From: a virus
IMG/VR virus record: IMGVR_UViG_3300012663_001306
Span: 1 to 64,000 of that record
Strand: one strand, 5' to 3'
DNA length: 64,000 nucleotides
This document shows positions 17,067 to 27,379 of this stretch, piece by piece (the first letter of the stretch is position 1; each line of letters starts with the position of its first letter). Both the position numbers and the translations under genes were made by a program. Below the pieces are notes generated by a model that saw only the letters and a list, made by a program, of their open reading frames with translations, ran no database searches and was not told the origin of the DNA.

Positions 17067-19417
17067 TATAACTTACAGGCCTCGCAATCGTCATCTAATG
17101 CTTCATACAATACAATCGGTTCCTTTGGAACAATTCCAGAAGATCCATTTATATGCAATGAGTTAGTACCGGTGACACCGGTCTTTGCACCGACTTTATT
17201 GATTAAACTATAGTATACAGTCTTTAGACCCCATCTGTACGCTAACATTAGGTTCTTGGCAATTAATGTTCCAGGAACTTTGCCACTGTAAAATGCAGGA
17301 TTATAAAATGTATTGGTAGACAAACTTTGATCAATGTATGCTGCCAGCACACACGCAGTTTTTAGATAACCAATACAGTCTTGTTGATCCCACATTAACT
17401 GATAACGGTTTTTTAAGCGTTTGTACTCCGGTACTACCTGTACAAACGATCCAGCCTTTGATTCCTTAACAGAAATCATTTCCATGGGCATTTCAATTCC
17501 GTTAGTAGAGTTTAGAACAACTGAGCTGGATTCTACTGGTGCTACTGCCATTAGCGTAGCATTTCGAATACCGTACTTTTTCATATTGCCTCTTAAACCT
17601 TCCCAGTCTAAATTACCACTAGGAGTAAAGTCAGTGAGCTCGTTTACATTGACATTTCGGCGTTCCCAAGGAAATACACCTTTACCATACCATGTATGTT
17701 CACTTCTGCCACAAGGGCCTCTCTCTTTAGCAAGCTCAACACTCATTTCAGTTAGATAATATGCTTGGTGTTCCATCCAACGTTTAACTTCTGCTAGTGC
17801 ATCGGCATCACCATATTTGAAACTCTTACGAGCATGCCAGTAAGCCAAGTTTGTAATGCCAACACCAAGGGGTTCAAAGTCTTGATTAGCAAGTTTACTT
17901 TGGATGCTTAAGAAATCCTGATACTGTAGTAAGTTACTTAGACTACGGACTAAGACTCGACACGCTTTACGCATTTCTTGCGGATTGCGGAACGCACCCC
18001 AGTTGATTGACCCAAGAGTGCAAAGAGCAATTCGTCCCTCTGGATCTTCAATTCTTTGGAAAGGCTTGGTGGGTAAAAGTATCTCTTGGCATAAGTTTGA
18101 TTGATATATTGGGTCAAGCTGTGTATCAAACGGCCCCTGGTTAATAACGTTGTCGATGTTGACAAGATATATGCGCCCAGTGTCAGTACGTTCTTTAAGG
18201 ATTCCGTTTTTGAATATCTCATCTGCCGATACAACTTTCTTTTTCTTTGTCTTGTCCTGCTCATATTTTAAGTATAGGGTTTCGAATTCTTTGCTATCAC
18301 GATAGAACGCCTCGTACAAATCTGGAACCTCTGACGGATCAAACAATGTCATTGTTTCTCCGTTTTTATAACGTCTCCAGAACATAGCGTTAACAACAAC
18401 GCTATAATCCATTTGGCGTACACGAACTTCTTCAGTACCTTGGTTGTTCTTTAATACAATAAGATCTTCAAACTGATAATGCCAAACAGGGAAAGTAACT
18501 GTACAACTTGCATTACGAATACCGCCTTGACTGCAACTACGTAAATCAGCAAACCATTTCTTCAGGAATGGGATCATACCTGTATGTTTGATTTCCCCAT
18601 TTCTGATGGGGGCGCCGAGCGGACGGATGCGTCCTATCTCCAAACCAATGCCGGCTCGTTTGCTAGCATACTTGGCCATCATCTCGCCTGCGGCGAATAT
18701 GGAATCAAGGGTATCATCACTGCTAATAAGAACACAAGAACTAAACTGTTTAGTTGTAGTACCGAGGCCAGCAAGTACAGGAGTAGCAAGAGTGAAATGA
18801 CCATCGCTGGCACACTCATAATATTCTTTTACTAATTTTAATCGAGTTTCGCTAGATTCATTATGAAAGGCAGTTGCTGCCGCGATGGCGTATCGAACCT
18901 GCGGTGTTTCGTAAATCTGTCCAGTTGCACGATTTTGTACTAGATATTTTTCTGCCAACTGAGCAATGGCGGCAAAGGTATAATTTTCATCTTTGGAATG
19001 ATCAATGAATAGATCAATAATATCCCATTCTTCTTTAGTGTACCACTTGAGTAATTCTGAAGTGTACATGCCCTCTGACACATTTTTTTGAATGATGTCG
19101 TATAACTTAGGAGGCTCATATATTCCGTAAACTTCTTTTCGCAACATACTAACTTTTTGCCTGCCAGCTACATACTGATAGTTAACATTGTTAATTTCTG
19201 GATTTTCAGTTTCGTCGATTAAGTCTACCATGGCCTTTAACAATAGTTCATCTATTGTCTTTGTAGTCATGCCATCGTGTAATTCAATCTGCGCTTTAAT
19301 TTCGATCATTGATGGACTAACTCCGTCAATGCCGCGGCAATCGTATGCCACCTGTCTCTGTATTTTTGCGATGTCTAAGGGGACACGCCGCCCATTACGT
19401 TTAACAACTGTAATCAT
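17066..19417 (-). CDS. nrdA: Ribonucleotide reductase class Ia alpha subunit with ATP cone
   Basis: VVKRNG cone, QFSSC, QSNLCQEI, CTLGS, C-terminal CEACKL. Confidence 0.95.
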   Translation of the reverse strand: MITVVKRNGRRVPLDIAKIQRQVAYDCRGIDGVSPSMIEIKAQIELHDGMTTKTIDELLLKAMVDLIDETENPEINNVNYQYVAGRQKVSMLRKEVYGIYEPPKLYDIIQKNVSEGMYTSELLKWYTKEEWDIIDLFIDHSKDENYTFAAIAQLAEKYLVQNRATGQIYETPQVRYAIAAATAFHNESSETRLKLVKEYYECASDGHFTLATPVLAGLGTTTKQFSSCVLISSDDTLDSIFAAGEMMAKYASKRAGIGLEIGRIRPLGAPIRNGEIKHTGMIPFLKKWFADLRSCSQGGIRNASCTVTFPVWHYQFEDLIVLKNNQGTEEVRVRQMDYSVVVNAMFWRRYKNGETMTLFDPSEVPDLYEAFYRDSKEFETLYLKYEQDKTKKKKVVSADEIFKNGILKERTDTGRIYLVNIDNVINQGPFDTQLDPIYQSNLCQEILLPTKPFQRIEDPEGRIALCTLGSINWGAFRNPQEMRKACRVLVRSLSNLLQYQDFLSIQSKLANQDFEPLGVGITNLAYWHARKSFKYGDADALAEVKRWMEHQAYYLTEMSVELAKERGPCGRSEHTWYGKGVFPWERRNVNVNELTDFTPSGNLDWEGLRGNMKKYGIRNATLMAVAPVESSSVVLNSTNGIEMPMEMISVKESKAGSFVQVVPEYKRLKNRYQLMWDQQDCIGYLKTACVLAAYIDQSLSTNTFYNPAFYSGKVPGTLIAKNLMLAYRWGLKTVYYSLINKVGAKTGVTGTNSLHINGSSGIVPKEPIVLYEALDDDCEACKL

Positions 19418-19468
19418 TTATCGACCTTGTAATGTAAGTATGTAAGAAAATATCTGCTAGGCAGATAT

Positions 19469-19903
19469 TTACCTTGACATCGATATGTCGACTAAGTTTT
19501 CTAATAAAAATGAGTTGGGGATTTTTTCTGCTGTTATTGCTTGCCATTTGTCGAAGTTAAGTACCATGTTATTATCTATATAAACTAGATTATACAGCTT
19601 AGTTCGACTTTCATCAACCATAGTACGCACTTCTATCTTACTATTGGCAAATTTTTCCGTAAGTTTTAATGTATACCCTATCATTACTCCCAAGGTAAAA
19701 TCATCGTATCGATTCTCTACTATGATTTCCCAAGGAGTTGGCCAACTTTTTGGATTATATTGATCTATTAAATGGTTGTATGATATTAAAGGAACATCGC
19801 CCCAAAATTCTGCTACAGCTTCTAATGGTGTGTCGGACTCGTTTATTTGCTCTCTTAACGATTTCCAAGCCGACAATCTCTCATCGGGTGATTTGTGAAA
19901 CAT
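19469..19903 (-). CDS. Hypothetical protein
   Basis: ORF coupled to the upstream gene. Confidence 0.65.
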   Translation of the reverse strand: MFHKSPDERLSAWKSLREQINESDTPLEAVAEFWGDVPLISYNHLIDQYNPKSWPTPWEIIVENRYDDFTLGVMIGYTLKLTEKFANSKIEVRTMVDESRTKLYNLVYIDNNMVLNFDKWQAITAEKIPNSFLLENLVDISMSR

Positions 19904-21558
19904 TAATAATATTGATTTAATTGATATGTAACTTGACCGTCTACAGTATTACCAGTGTATGACACTGTTATAGTTGTATTCGGATCATCGTATGTTGCGT
20001 CAAAAATAATTCCAGAATCACTTGTTCCTGTAAATTTATAATTGTCAGTAACATCAACTATACTAGTGCCTGAACACACAACTGTCAACTCTCCCCATCT
20101 AGTAATACCAGATGATGTAAGATGATATTGAATTTTTATATTAGTCACGGTACCGGTATGTCCTACCTTGACCACTGTTCCTGTAGCAACATACGATAGC
20201 AACTCTACTAGTCTAACTTTGTTGTCGACAATAGAGGCATGTCCTGATATCGGTATAATAAAATTTGTAGGACTTGAATAGTTATTAATTGCTGTGAATC
20301 TAGAAAAATAATCGTTATCAATAACGTTGCCCATAGTCTGTATATTAACAACTGGGGTAACGGCGCCGCCAATGTCACCTAACCCAGGATTACCTAATAC
20401 CGCATCATTTCCTACATTGTTATGTATATTCTGAGAAATGATATGATTAGTATATTTTGTAGTGTCGCCGCCAACTTTTATAGATTCAAGTGCAATAATA
20501 TAGAATATGTTGCGTGTAATTCTAGCACGTACTGGCCCGATGTTGTTGGCAGATACTAGAGCAACTCCAAATGATATACCGGTGTATAAATTCTGAAATT
20601 TATTATTATCTATTACGGTATCTTCGATGTCGTAGTTTGATAAGATTCCACTATATAAATTTTCAAATATACAATTAGTAATTCTTAAATTTCTACTGCT
20701 AATACCGCCCTGTCCTCTAATTTCAATTCCTGTATTAAATGCGTTTGACGACGAATACGATGGTGTGCCAAAAAATCTTATATCATCAACTATTACATCA
20801 AGACCGCAATCAGCCCTTAACAATGGTAATGCATTGTTAGGATTAACAACCGGCGAATATTTTACAGTCATTCCGGATAATGTAATATATCGAGGACTTG
20901 TTTGACTGCCAAATAGATCATCAAATTCTACAGGATCGCCATCACTACTATTTAGATCCACAAATTGAAATGCTGACTTTGATGTAGAGCTTAAGGAAAT
21001 AATAGTTTTTTCTTTGCCGTCTCCGACAATATTTGCATATGGAGGTATGTATATTGTATTGGTTATGTTATAAATGCCTGCTGGAATCTTTAGTGTTACT
21101 CGACCTGCAGGTGCCGATTTGTCAGCGTTTAAGAATAATTGGTTAACTGCTCGTTGAATAGCAGATGTATAATCATCAGATGAAATATCGTTGTCTGTTA
21201 AGAAATCTCTTAAACTAACAGAATCGTCTAATTTTTCTTGTACATTTCTTAATAGATCAAGGCCGCCGGGTCCTGTATAAACTGCAACTGATCGATGACC
21301 TTTGTAGACATATGTACTAGTAGTGACGCTACTATTAAAAATATTGGGTAAATCTAACTCTGTTAATATTCGAGTATTTGCATCGGCAGATGCACCATCG
21401 ACTACCTTGTTACCTATGTATAATTCTGGATTAGTTGAATACGGGTCAGTTCCTGATATTGCCCAACCTAATTCGCCCGTGTCTAGCGGAGGCATTCCTG
21501 CATCTGTGCGGGCATCACCTCTTCTAATTTGAATTTTTGCAATCTCTACAACGGCCAT
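19903..21558 (-). CDS. Virion structural protein with a pectate-lyase-like beta-helix
   Basis: N-terminal IQIRRG/GELGW, SLRDF, DDYTSAIQRA, IPAGIY, GDG and N-rich parallel beta-helix repeats. Confidence 0.65.
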   Translation of the reverse strand: MAVVEIAKIQIRRGDARTDAGMPPLDTGELGWAISGTDPYSTNPELYIGNKVVDGASADANTRILTELDLPNIFNSSVTTSTYVYKGHRSVAVYTGPGGLDLLRNVQEKLDDSVSLRDFLTDNDISSDDYTSAIQRAVNQLFLNADKSAPAGRVTLKIPAGIYNITNTIYIPPYANIVGDGKEKTIISLSSTSKSAFQFVDLNSSDGDPVEFDDLFGSQTSPRYITLSGMTVKYSPVVNPNNALPLLRADCGLDVIVDDIRFFGTPSYSSSNAFNTGIEIRGQGGISSRNLRITNCIFENLYSGILSNYDIEDTVIDNNKFQNLYTGISFGVALVSANNIGPVRARITRNIFYIIALESIKVGGDTTKYTNHIISQNIHNNVGNDAVLGNPGLGDIGGAVTPVVNIQTMGNVIDNDYFSRFTAINNYSSPTNFIIPISGHASIVDNKVRLVELLSYVATGTVVKVGHTGTVTNIKIQYHLTSSGITRWGELTVVCSGTSIVDVTDNYKFTGTSDSGIIFDATYDDPNTTITVSYTGNTVDGQVTYQLNQYY

Positions 21559-21590
21559 ATAATATCCCCTGGTATAGAGATATTTATGCG

Positions 21591-22292
21591 TTATTTAAGA
21601 TAGTTTGTGTAGTAGTCTTCGACCTTGTTTAACCATAGGTCTTGATATTTGTTAAAATCGCTGGGCCATATATCAAATTGCTGATATTGAAAGTCTCTCG
21701 AACACATAAACACATGACCCTCACGAATCTCTGTTCCGTATACTTCGTTATGTGCAAGAATATATGCCATTAGTTGTAGATAGTAATCTTCAACCCATTC
21801 TGCTTTTTTAGGTTTATTTGTTTGTTTATAATCGCATACAGACGGGTTACCTTTATATACTGCCACTAAGTCAGTAGTACCGCTGTACAGTCCCGGAAAG
21901 TACAAGCTCTGTTCCATGGCCCATACTTCACTAATATCTACAATGGCATTTTCGATAATAACATCTGCCATTTTATGTGCTTGCACATGGACTAAATTAT
22001 TACCAGGCTGTCTATCTAGACCTGCTAAGAATCTTTCAAGATTACCGTGCATAGCAGTTCCGACACCTGCAGCCTCTTTTGTAATTTGTGCCGCATTTTC
22101 CTCACCTACTCTTTTGCGCCACTCGATTAAGTGTGTTTGGTCTTTTGTAGCACTTAAAATAGTAGTTACAGAAGGAGTTTTTTCGCCGTCGGGTGTTAGA
22201 TAAACTCGTTTGCGAGTAACTGGATCGTTAACTTGGATGCAATTTTTGTAGGGGATACATTCAACAAATGGTGGTGGACTAATTATATTCAT
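21591..22292 (-). CDS. PD-(D/E)XK exonuclease (Cas4/MGME1-like)
   Basis: PSVTTIL, GTAMH, E, GTTD, DYK, QLMAY. Confidence 0.85.
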   Translation of the reverse strand: MNIISPPPFVECIPYKNCIQVNDPVTRKRVYLTPDGEKTPSVTTILSATKDQTHLIEWRKRVGEENAAQITKEAAGVGTAMHGNLERFLAGLDRQPGNNLVHVQAHKMADVIIENAIVDISEVWAMEQSLYFPGLYSGTTDLVAVYKGNPSVCDYKQTNKPKKAEWVEDYYLQLMAYILAHNEVYGTEIREGHVFMCSRDFQYQQFDIWPSDFNKYQDLWLNKVEDYYTNYLK

Positions 22293-22299
22293 AACAGTA

Positions 22300-22328
22300 A
22301 TTATACTGCCTTGCTATCTATATAGCAA
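22300..22328 (-). promoter_or_regulatory. Promoter TTGCTA-N17-TATAAT with a palindrome over -35; likely leaderless transcript
   Basis: -10 ends 7 nt before the ATG; inverted repeat TTGCTAT-N4-ATAGCAA at 22311-22328. Confidence 0.55.
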
Positions 22329-22336
22329 ACTTTTGA

Positions 22337-22690
22337 TTAGCCTAAATTTTGTTGAAAGTTTTGAGAGCCGCTGTGTGCCATTTGATCAACGGATTTACCA
22401 TCTGGAACATCAACTTGTTGTTGAGGTTTTTCAGATTCTTCTTTGGTACCTAATTCGATACCTTCTTCATTGTAGTTACGTATTAATGGCTGGATAGATG
22501 GATTAGCATCATAAATTTTACTAAATCCTGCATAATCAATATCGCCATAACCAAAGTTCCTTAACATGTTGCTAAGAGCAGGCCATGTTAAGGTTTGTGA
22601 AGAATGCTTTGCATCACTTCTTCCAATTTGGTTTCTTAACAAGGTTTCTAGATCGTCTACAAACCTGTCAGCTACTTCAAATAATCTCAT
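22337..22690 (-). CDS. Hypothetical protein (MRLFE N-terminus)
   Basis: ORF in the late cluster. Confidence 0.65.
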   Translation of the reverse strand: MRLFEVADRFVDDLETLLRNQIGRSDAKHSSQTLTWPALSNMLRNFGYGDIDYAGFSKIYDANPSIQPLIRNYNEEGIELGTKEESEKPQQQVDVPDGKSVDQMAHSGSQNFQQNLG

Positions 22691-23979
22691 CTTGCTAGTT
22701 TTGCCATAATGCTGTGGCTTTCAGCAATTTTACGTAGCTTGGATAACTGACGACCTTCACGGGTCATACGTCCGGAAGTTTCTGCTCCACCTGCGGCAGC
22801 ATCACTAGCACCAAACTCGTCTTCTGGTGGTAGGTCACCAGTTGGGTTCATAGTATCGTCACCTGCATCTAGTGGAAGTTCTCCACCTATACCAGCGGCA
22901 TCGCCCATTGGAGGAGTATCAGTAGCTTCGCCTGCTAATACTGCAACTGCGTGGCTGATTGCTTCTCTTTGTTGTGTTAGTGTTTCAATAGTTGCAGCCA
23001 ATGCTGGACCAACTGCATTCTTAAACGCATCTGATTCAGCTTGTCCAAACTCACCACGAATAGCATCTGCTAATTCGATCATTGATTTAGTTTGGTATTG
23101 ACCAACACGTTGCATCCATGTTGTGAAGTCATTGACCATGTCGCTTGCGGCAGTGATAGCTTTTGCTTTACCTTCTTCGTCTTCTTGAATTAGATAACGT
23201 AGGCTTTCATTTACTAAACGTACATGAAGTTTGTAATGTCCTTCTTTCATTTTTTTCTTGTCGCTGTCAGGAGTCTTAGGAGCATCCTTGCCACCGTAAT
23301 TCTTACCAGCGGTGTGCTTTAGGCCAGTTGCAGTCTTAGTAATCTCGCCACCTGTGCTAGACTTCTTCTTTTCGCCTGGCTTCATGCCGGCTGTGCCTGC
23401 GGCTCTTTTCTTAGCATCGTCAACAGTTGGAAAAGCTTCTTTAACTTTTTTGCCACCCTTTTCGTCTTTGCCAAGACGTCCCGCAATAACATCACCGCGA
23501 GTTACTTTATCATATGGCTTGGCATTGTTTGCTAAATTACCGTCGCCTTTTTTAGCTTCGTTTGTTTTCATAGTTGTTCCTTCAATGCCTTCTTCGGCTT
23601 TTTTTGTTTTCTTTGGATGCTTGATATGTGCCCAAGCAATTTGTTCTGCTTCATCTTTAGACTTACCTTTTTTCACCATGCTAGCAGTAATATGCTTTGC
23701 CTGACGATCAACTTTAGCACCTTCGCCTAACATTTCTTTAATTCTTGTATTAAGTACGTCAAGCATGAATTTGTCTTTTTGGTACACATTGTTTGAAAGC
23801 AAGTCGTTAAATTTTGAACTACTTTCAGTCTGATGAATTTTAGTTCGTAGTAAATTCCTATATTTTTCTAGGTCTTCCCTATCGTAACTTTCAAAGTTAA
23901 CTTTTGTGCCAAATTTTCTAAACATGGCTTCGTTTAGTTTTTCCGAAGTTAACTTAGAAATAAAGTCTTGTGTATTCAT
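22687..23979 (-). CDS. Putative prohead core/internal protein built of charged modules
   Basis: Lys-rich modules separated by hydrophobic-x-E motifs; likely start MNTQDF at 23979. Confidence 0.55.
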   Translation of the reverse strand: MNTQDFISKLTSEKLNEAMFRKFGTKVNFESYDREDLEKYRNLLRTKIHQTESSSKFNDLLSNNVYQKDKFMLDVLNTRIKEMLGEGAKVDRQAKHITASMVKKGKSKDEAEQIAWAHIKHPKKTKKAEEGIEGTTMKTNEAKKGDGNLANNAKPYDKVTRGDVIAGRLGKDEKGGKKVKEAFPTVDDAKKRAAGTAGMKPGEKKKSSTGGEITKTATGLKHTAGKNYGGKDAPKTPDSDKKKMKEGHYKLHVRLVNESLRYLIQEDEEGKAKAITAASDMVNDFTTWMQRVGQYQTKSMIELADAIRGEFGQAESDAFKNAVGPALAATIETLTQQREAISHAVAVLAGEATDTPPMGDAAGIGGELPLDAGDDTMNPTGDLPPEDEFGASDAAAGGAETSGRMTREGRQLSKLRKIAESHSIMAKLAR

Positions 23980-24008
23980 AAACAGTTCCAAAGATATAAT
24001 GTTATTAT

Positions 24009-24479
24009 TTAGTGTATGTTACGAAGTTTTTCAAAACTACCTACTATGTTTCTTTTACCCTCTGCTATCTTAACATTAAGGATATTAAGTTTAGTATATA
24101 ATATTTCAGCCCTATCGTAATTTTTATTCTTTAGACTTTTTTCAGCATGTTTTTTAATCAAATCTCTTTCAAAAGTTCGATATCCATACTCTTGATCTAG
24201 CTTGTATAGGTCAATATTAGCCCATCTACCCAATGCTAAATCATTTGCTAACAGGGCCGCACTTTGTGGCAAGTTAATTTTATCAAGAACAATGTCGCCA
24301 CGTTTATTTTTAATTACATAAAATCCCGACAAATCTTTTACTATCTTATATAAGTCTAAACTAACCGAACCGTCGGTATTTTTTACAGGAATAGCAACAC
24401 CTTTTCTTTTAAGATTTTTCTTAACGGTGGTTGCAACTATCTTAAATTTTTTAAGGAGTTGATCGGAGGTAGAAGACAT
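24009..24479 (-). CDS. Hypothetical protein
   Basis: ORF in operon. Confidence 0.65.
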   Translation of the reverse strand: MSSTSDQLLKKFKIVATTVKKNLKRKGVAIPVKNTDGSVSLDLYKIVKDLSGFYVIKNKRGDIVLDKINLPQSAALLANDLALGRWANIDLYKLDQEYGYRTFERDLIKKHAEKSLKNKNYDRAEILYTKLNILNVKIAEGKRNIVGSFEKLRNIH

Positions 24480-24672
24480 TTTTAGCTTTGGTTATTTGAC
24501 TTTCATTGTTACTTATTTCGTATATACCTTTACGAACAAGATTCTGGGCTACCCAGATTTCATGATCACCTAAGCCTGAAAGACTAACAGCATCGCCAAA
24601 ATGATGTACAAAGTCTCGCTCTTCGTTTGTGAGCATAACACCCATAGATTGTAGGAAATCTTTTATTTTCAT
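24451..24672 (-). CDS. Small hypothetical protein
   Basis: ORF with ATGA overlap. Confidence 0.6.
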   Translation of the reverse strand: MKIKDFLQSMGVMLTNEERDFVHHFGDAVSLSGLGDHEIWVAQNLVRKGIYEISNNESQITKAKNVFYLRSTP

Positions 24673-25532
24673 AAGTCTTTTGGGTCCACAAATAGTTTTC
24701 GCCCATCCTTTGTTTTTACAGCCATCATATTATTATGTGCTGGATCAGTTGGTAGGACTTCAATGTCGCCTAACTGTGGGTCTTTTATTTTTGTTCCTGC
24801 TTTAGGTAAACTACCTATAGCTTGCGAAGTTGCATTTAATCCAAGTCCGCCTGCGGCTTTTCTAGCGGCAAGTTGTGCATAAGTTTCGCCATCGCGGCCG
24901 CCCATACCTTGTTTGAATCCCTGCGATACTCCGGCCAAGAACCCTGTAGATTTTCCCGTTGGTGCTTTTTGTTGCGGATATGCAGACTTTGCCAAGCTAG
25001 CTAATTTTTGTTGTGAGTCAGCGGCTGCTGAAGGTGTGCCAAGTGTTGGTGCAGTGGGAGCAGTTGTTTGGGATGTGGCTGCTGCCGCTGCCTTCTGTGC
25101 TATCGGAGTAGTTGTTGGATTTTGACTAGGGGTAGCGGATATCGGCGCTGTTGGGCTAGCGGCAGGAGCGGTAGTTGGAACAGTAGCTGATGTCTTTGGT
25201 ACTTCTCTAAAATCAATGTCGGTAGCCCCGGTGGTATCGTATTTCTTCCCAGGTGATTGTTGTGTATCTTTTTGTGGAGGCGTTCCAACTTGCGGCTTTG
25301 GCCCAATGTTAGCGGCTGCTTTTGAACTATAGCTTGCAAGTTTATCAGCAACAGCTTGATCCTGAGCTTGTTGGGCGGCACCAATCTCTTTACGATCTAC
25401 GCTTATTAATCTACTTTTAATATTTGGATTAATTTTAGTTGGATCGATAAGACCGCCATATCGCTGACCTAGAGTATCACCGGGTTTTCCGGAATCAATA
25501 CCAAGTTCATTAAGAAACTCTTTTGCTCGCAT
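24669..25532 (-). CDS. Pro/Ala/Thr-rich protein with MRAKEFLNE N-terminus (possible internal head protein)
   Basis: Low-complexity ORF with a capsid-targeting-like N-terminus. Confidence 0.6.
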   Translation of the reverse strand: MRAKEFLNELGIDSGKPGDTLGQRYGGLIDPTKINPNIKSRLISVDRKEIGAAQQAQDQAVADKLASYSSKAAANIGPKPQVGTPPQKDTQQSPGKKYDTTGATDIDFREVPKTSATVPTTAPAASPTAPISATPSQNPTTTPIAQKAAAAATSQTTAPTAPTLGTPSAAADSQQKLASLAKSAYPQQKAPTGKSTGFLAGVSQGFKQGMGGRDGETYAQLAARKAAGGLGLNATSQAIGSLPKAGTKIKDPQLGDIEVLPTDPAHNNMMAVKTKDGRKLFVDPKDL

Positions 25533-25533
25533 A

Positions 25534-25770
25534 TCAAGGCATCTTTGTTAATACAACGCCAAGCAAACTTAATACTCCAACAATAACAGTACCTGCTGTA
25601 CCAATAAGAACTTTAACAGTACTAGAGTGACTAGATTCAATAAGGTCTTGGACCTTGCTTATTTTTTTCTCAACACTTTCCAGGCGAGTTTCCAATGCTT
25701 CATAACGTTGGGCGCATAATTCAACGTGTGCTTCTAGATTTTCTTTTTCAATTTCCGTTGGTACAGACAT
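25534..25770 (-). CDS. Coiled-coil protein with a C-terminal TM helix
   Basis: Heptads followed by a hydrophobic segment. Confidence 0.65.
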   Translation of the reverse strand: MSVPTEIEKENLEAHVELCAQRYEALETRLESVEKKISKVQDLIESSHSSTVKVLIGTAGTVIVGVLSLLGVVLTKMP

Positions 25771-25772
25771 TC

Positions 25773-26207
25773 TTAATTCTCCGAAACACCGTGAATAGAT
25801 GTTATAATTGTATTTTTCCAGTTAAGATCAGAAAGATCAAAGACTGCTTTAGATATATTTATCGTCTCATCTAGATTTTTAATTACCGGTACTCCCTGTA
25901 AATCTGTGGCTAACAATCCTAACGGGTTACCTTCGTCGTCTACAAAAGAATCAAGCCTATCAGTAGTAAACCTAAATGTCCATACTCGATGTTTTCCTTT
26001 ATACTTTGAACCAAACTTAGCTTCTTTTAATTCAATAGTTTCAGATACAGGAGTTTCTTGATAGTCAATAATAGACCGTAGCCCTATGCATTGTAACAAG
26101 GTTATATAATTTTTTTGTTGATTGAACTCTTTATCACTATCAACTTTGTGTCTATTAACACCAGTTTTAGTAATATCAAGTAATGTTTTAATTTCTATGA
26201 TTTGCAT
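25773..26207 (-). CDS. Hypothetical protein
   Basis: ORF behind a TAAATA motif. Confidence 0.65.
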   Translation of the reverse strand: MQIIEIKTLLDITKTGVNRHKVDSDKEFNQQKNYITLLQCIGLRSIIDYQETPVSETIELKEAKFGSKYKGKHRVWTFRFTTDRLDSFVDDEGNPLGLLATDLQGVPVIKNLDETINISKAVFDLSDLNWKNTIITSIHGVSEN

Positions 26208-26235
26208 AATATACCTACTTTATGCTATTTATGGT

Positions 26236-26266
26236 CAAAAGAAAAGGGAGTTAAAAAACTCCCTTT
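26236..26266 (-). terminator. Intrinsic terminator
   Basis: AAAGGGAGTT-N4-AACTCCCTTT followed by a T-rich run on the minus strand. Confidence 0.8.
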
Positions 26267-26284
26267 GTCTTAGTTTAATTGATA

Positions 26285-26650
26285 TTAAACAGTAGTGAAT
26301 ACTAAACCTGTACCACCACCAACATACTTCTCAGTAACTGTACATGTTGGTACGGCTGCTTCGATAACTGCTTCTAGAGCCGCTGCCGCTGCCACTGGTG
26401 TTCCACCAGATGTATAACCATCAAATGTATTGCCATCAACTGCTACCATAAAACCGCCAGTACCTGGGGTTCCTAGGATAACAATAGTTGCAATGCTTTC
26501 AATAGCACGAACTGCTTTTTCAAAGTTGCTGTCAACTGCACCTGGGGTTGTGTCGTAGCCGGTATCAGCTACTTCAAACCAACGTGGTTGATAACCATAA
26601 AAAGCACCTGCTTGTGCTGAACCGTTTAATCTTGTAATTCCTGTTGCCAT
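26285..26650 (-). CDS. Small, probably abundant virion protein
   Basis: TAAGGAG SD, own TAAATA motif and terminator; Gly/Ala/Thr-rich. Confidence 0.6.
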   Translation of the reverse strand: MATGITRLNGSAQAGAFYGYQPRWFEVADTGYDTTPGAVDSNFEKAVRAIESIATIVILGTPGTGGFMVAVDGNTFDGYTSGGTPVAAAAALEAVIEAAVPTCTVTEKYVGGGTGLVFTTV

Positions 26651-26750
26651 GTTAATTCTCCTTATTTTGGCACCTTAAAAAAACTCTTTTCTAAGGCTAT
26701 TGTGCAATTATTTAGTCCAAATGGAAAAAAAATGCAATAACAGGTAAAAA

Positions 26751-27047
26751 TCAATCGTCTTTAAGATCGCCTTCTACAATACGTAGATTGCGGGCAGTTT
26801 CTTTACTGTCGCGTAGTTTGCGTATACTACGGGTAAATTTGGCAGGATCTCCGCCTTTTATTGAGTTAATAAAGCGTCTTTCTAACTCGTATGCTGTTTC
26901 AGGATCAAAGTTTTCTCTGATTGATTGCAATAGGTTAATAGCACTATTGATAACGTGAGTTGCTCTAGATTCTATAACTAGTTCGCCATCACGCTTAACG
27001 GCTACTTCATTTAATTCTTCTAGTAAACTTTTGGTTTTACGTTGCAC
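26751..27047 (-). CDS. Hypothetical protein
   Basis: ORF with AAGGA SD behind TAAATA. Confidence 0.65.
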   Translation of the reverse strand: MQRKTKSLLEELNEVAVKRDGELVIESRATHVINSAINLLQSIRENFDPETAYELERRFINSIKGGDPAKFTRSIRKLRDSKETARNLRIVEGDLKDD

Positions 27048-27117
27048 AACATGATCCTTTTTGATATTTATTACTATCTTAATCTAAGTGTAACATAAGT
27101 TTTGGCAAAACACAACA

Positions 27118-27155
27118 TTGTATTTTTGTGCGGTCGCAATATATAATACTAAATA
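27118..27155 (+). promoter_or_regulatory. Promoter (TTGTAT-N18-TATAAT plus TAAATA) with a TTGTG-N4-CGCAA imperfect palindrome in the spacer
   Basis: Seen directly upstream of the plus-strand small ORFs. Confidence 0.5.
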
Positions 27156-27202
27156 CTCAGTAGAAACCATGAGTCTCTACACACATACAGAGGATACACA
27201 AA

Positions 27203-27379
27203 ATGAAATACATCTCAAGTAAAATGCTGTCTATGCTGGAACGTTTAAGTGAAATGTTCCCAGGTAGCAGTTACCAAAGCCGCTTAGATGCTTATCTAAG
27301 CACCAAAGGCATTACCGATGCCGCACAGTTGGAAAACTATATCCGACAATTCAATTCTCAAAAGGAAAGCTATCTATGA
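27203..27379 (+). CDS. Unannotated 58-aa protein, DUF3563-like (MKYISSKMLSMLERLSEMF...RLDAYLSTKGITDAAQLENYIRQF)
   Basis: Manually translated; GAGGA SD; pattern recalls DUF3563. Confidence 0.6.
   Translation: MKYISSKMLSMLERLSEMFPGSSYQSRLDAYLSTKGITDAAQLENYIRQFNSQKESYL

Noticed and set aside
21591-22292. Cas4 as evidence of a CRISPR-Cas system
   Set aside because: Stand-alone phage PD-(D/E)XK exonuclease without the Fe-S cysteine set; no array or other cas genes
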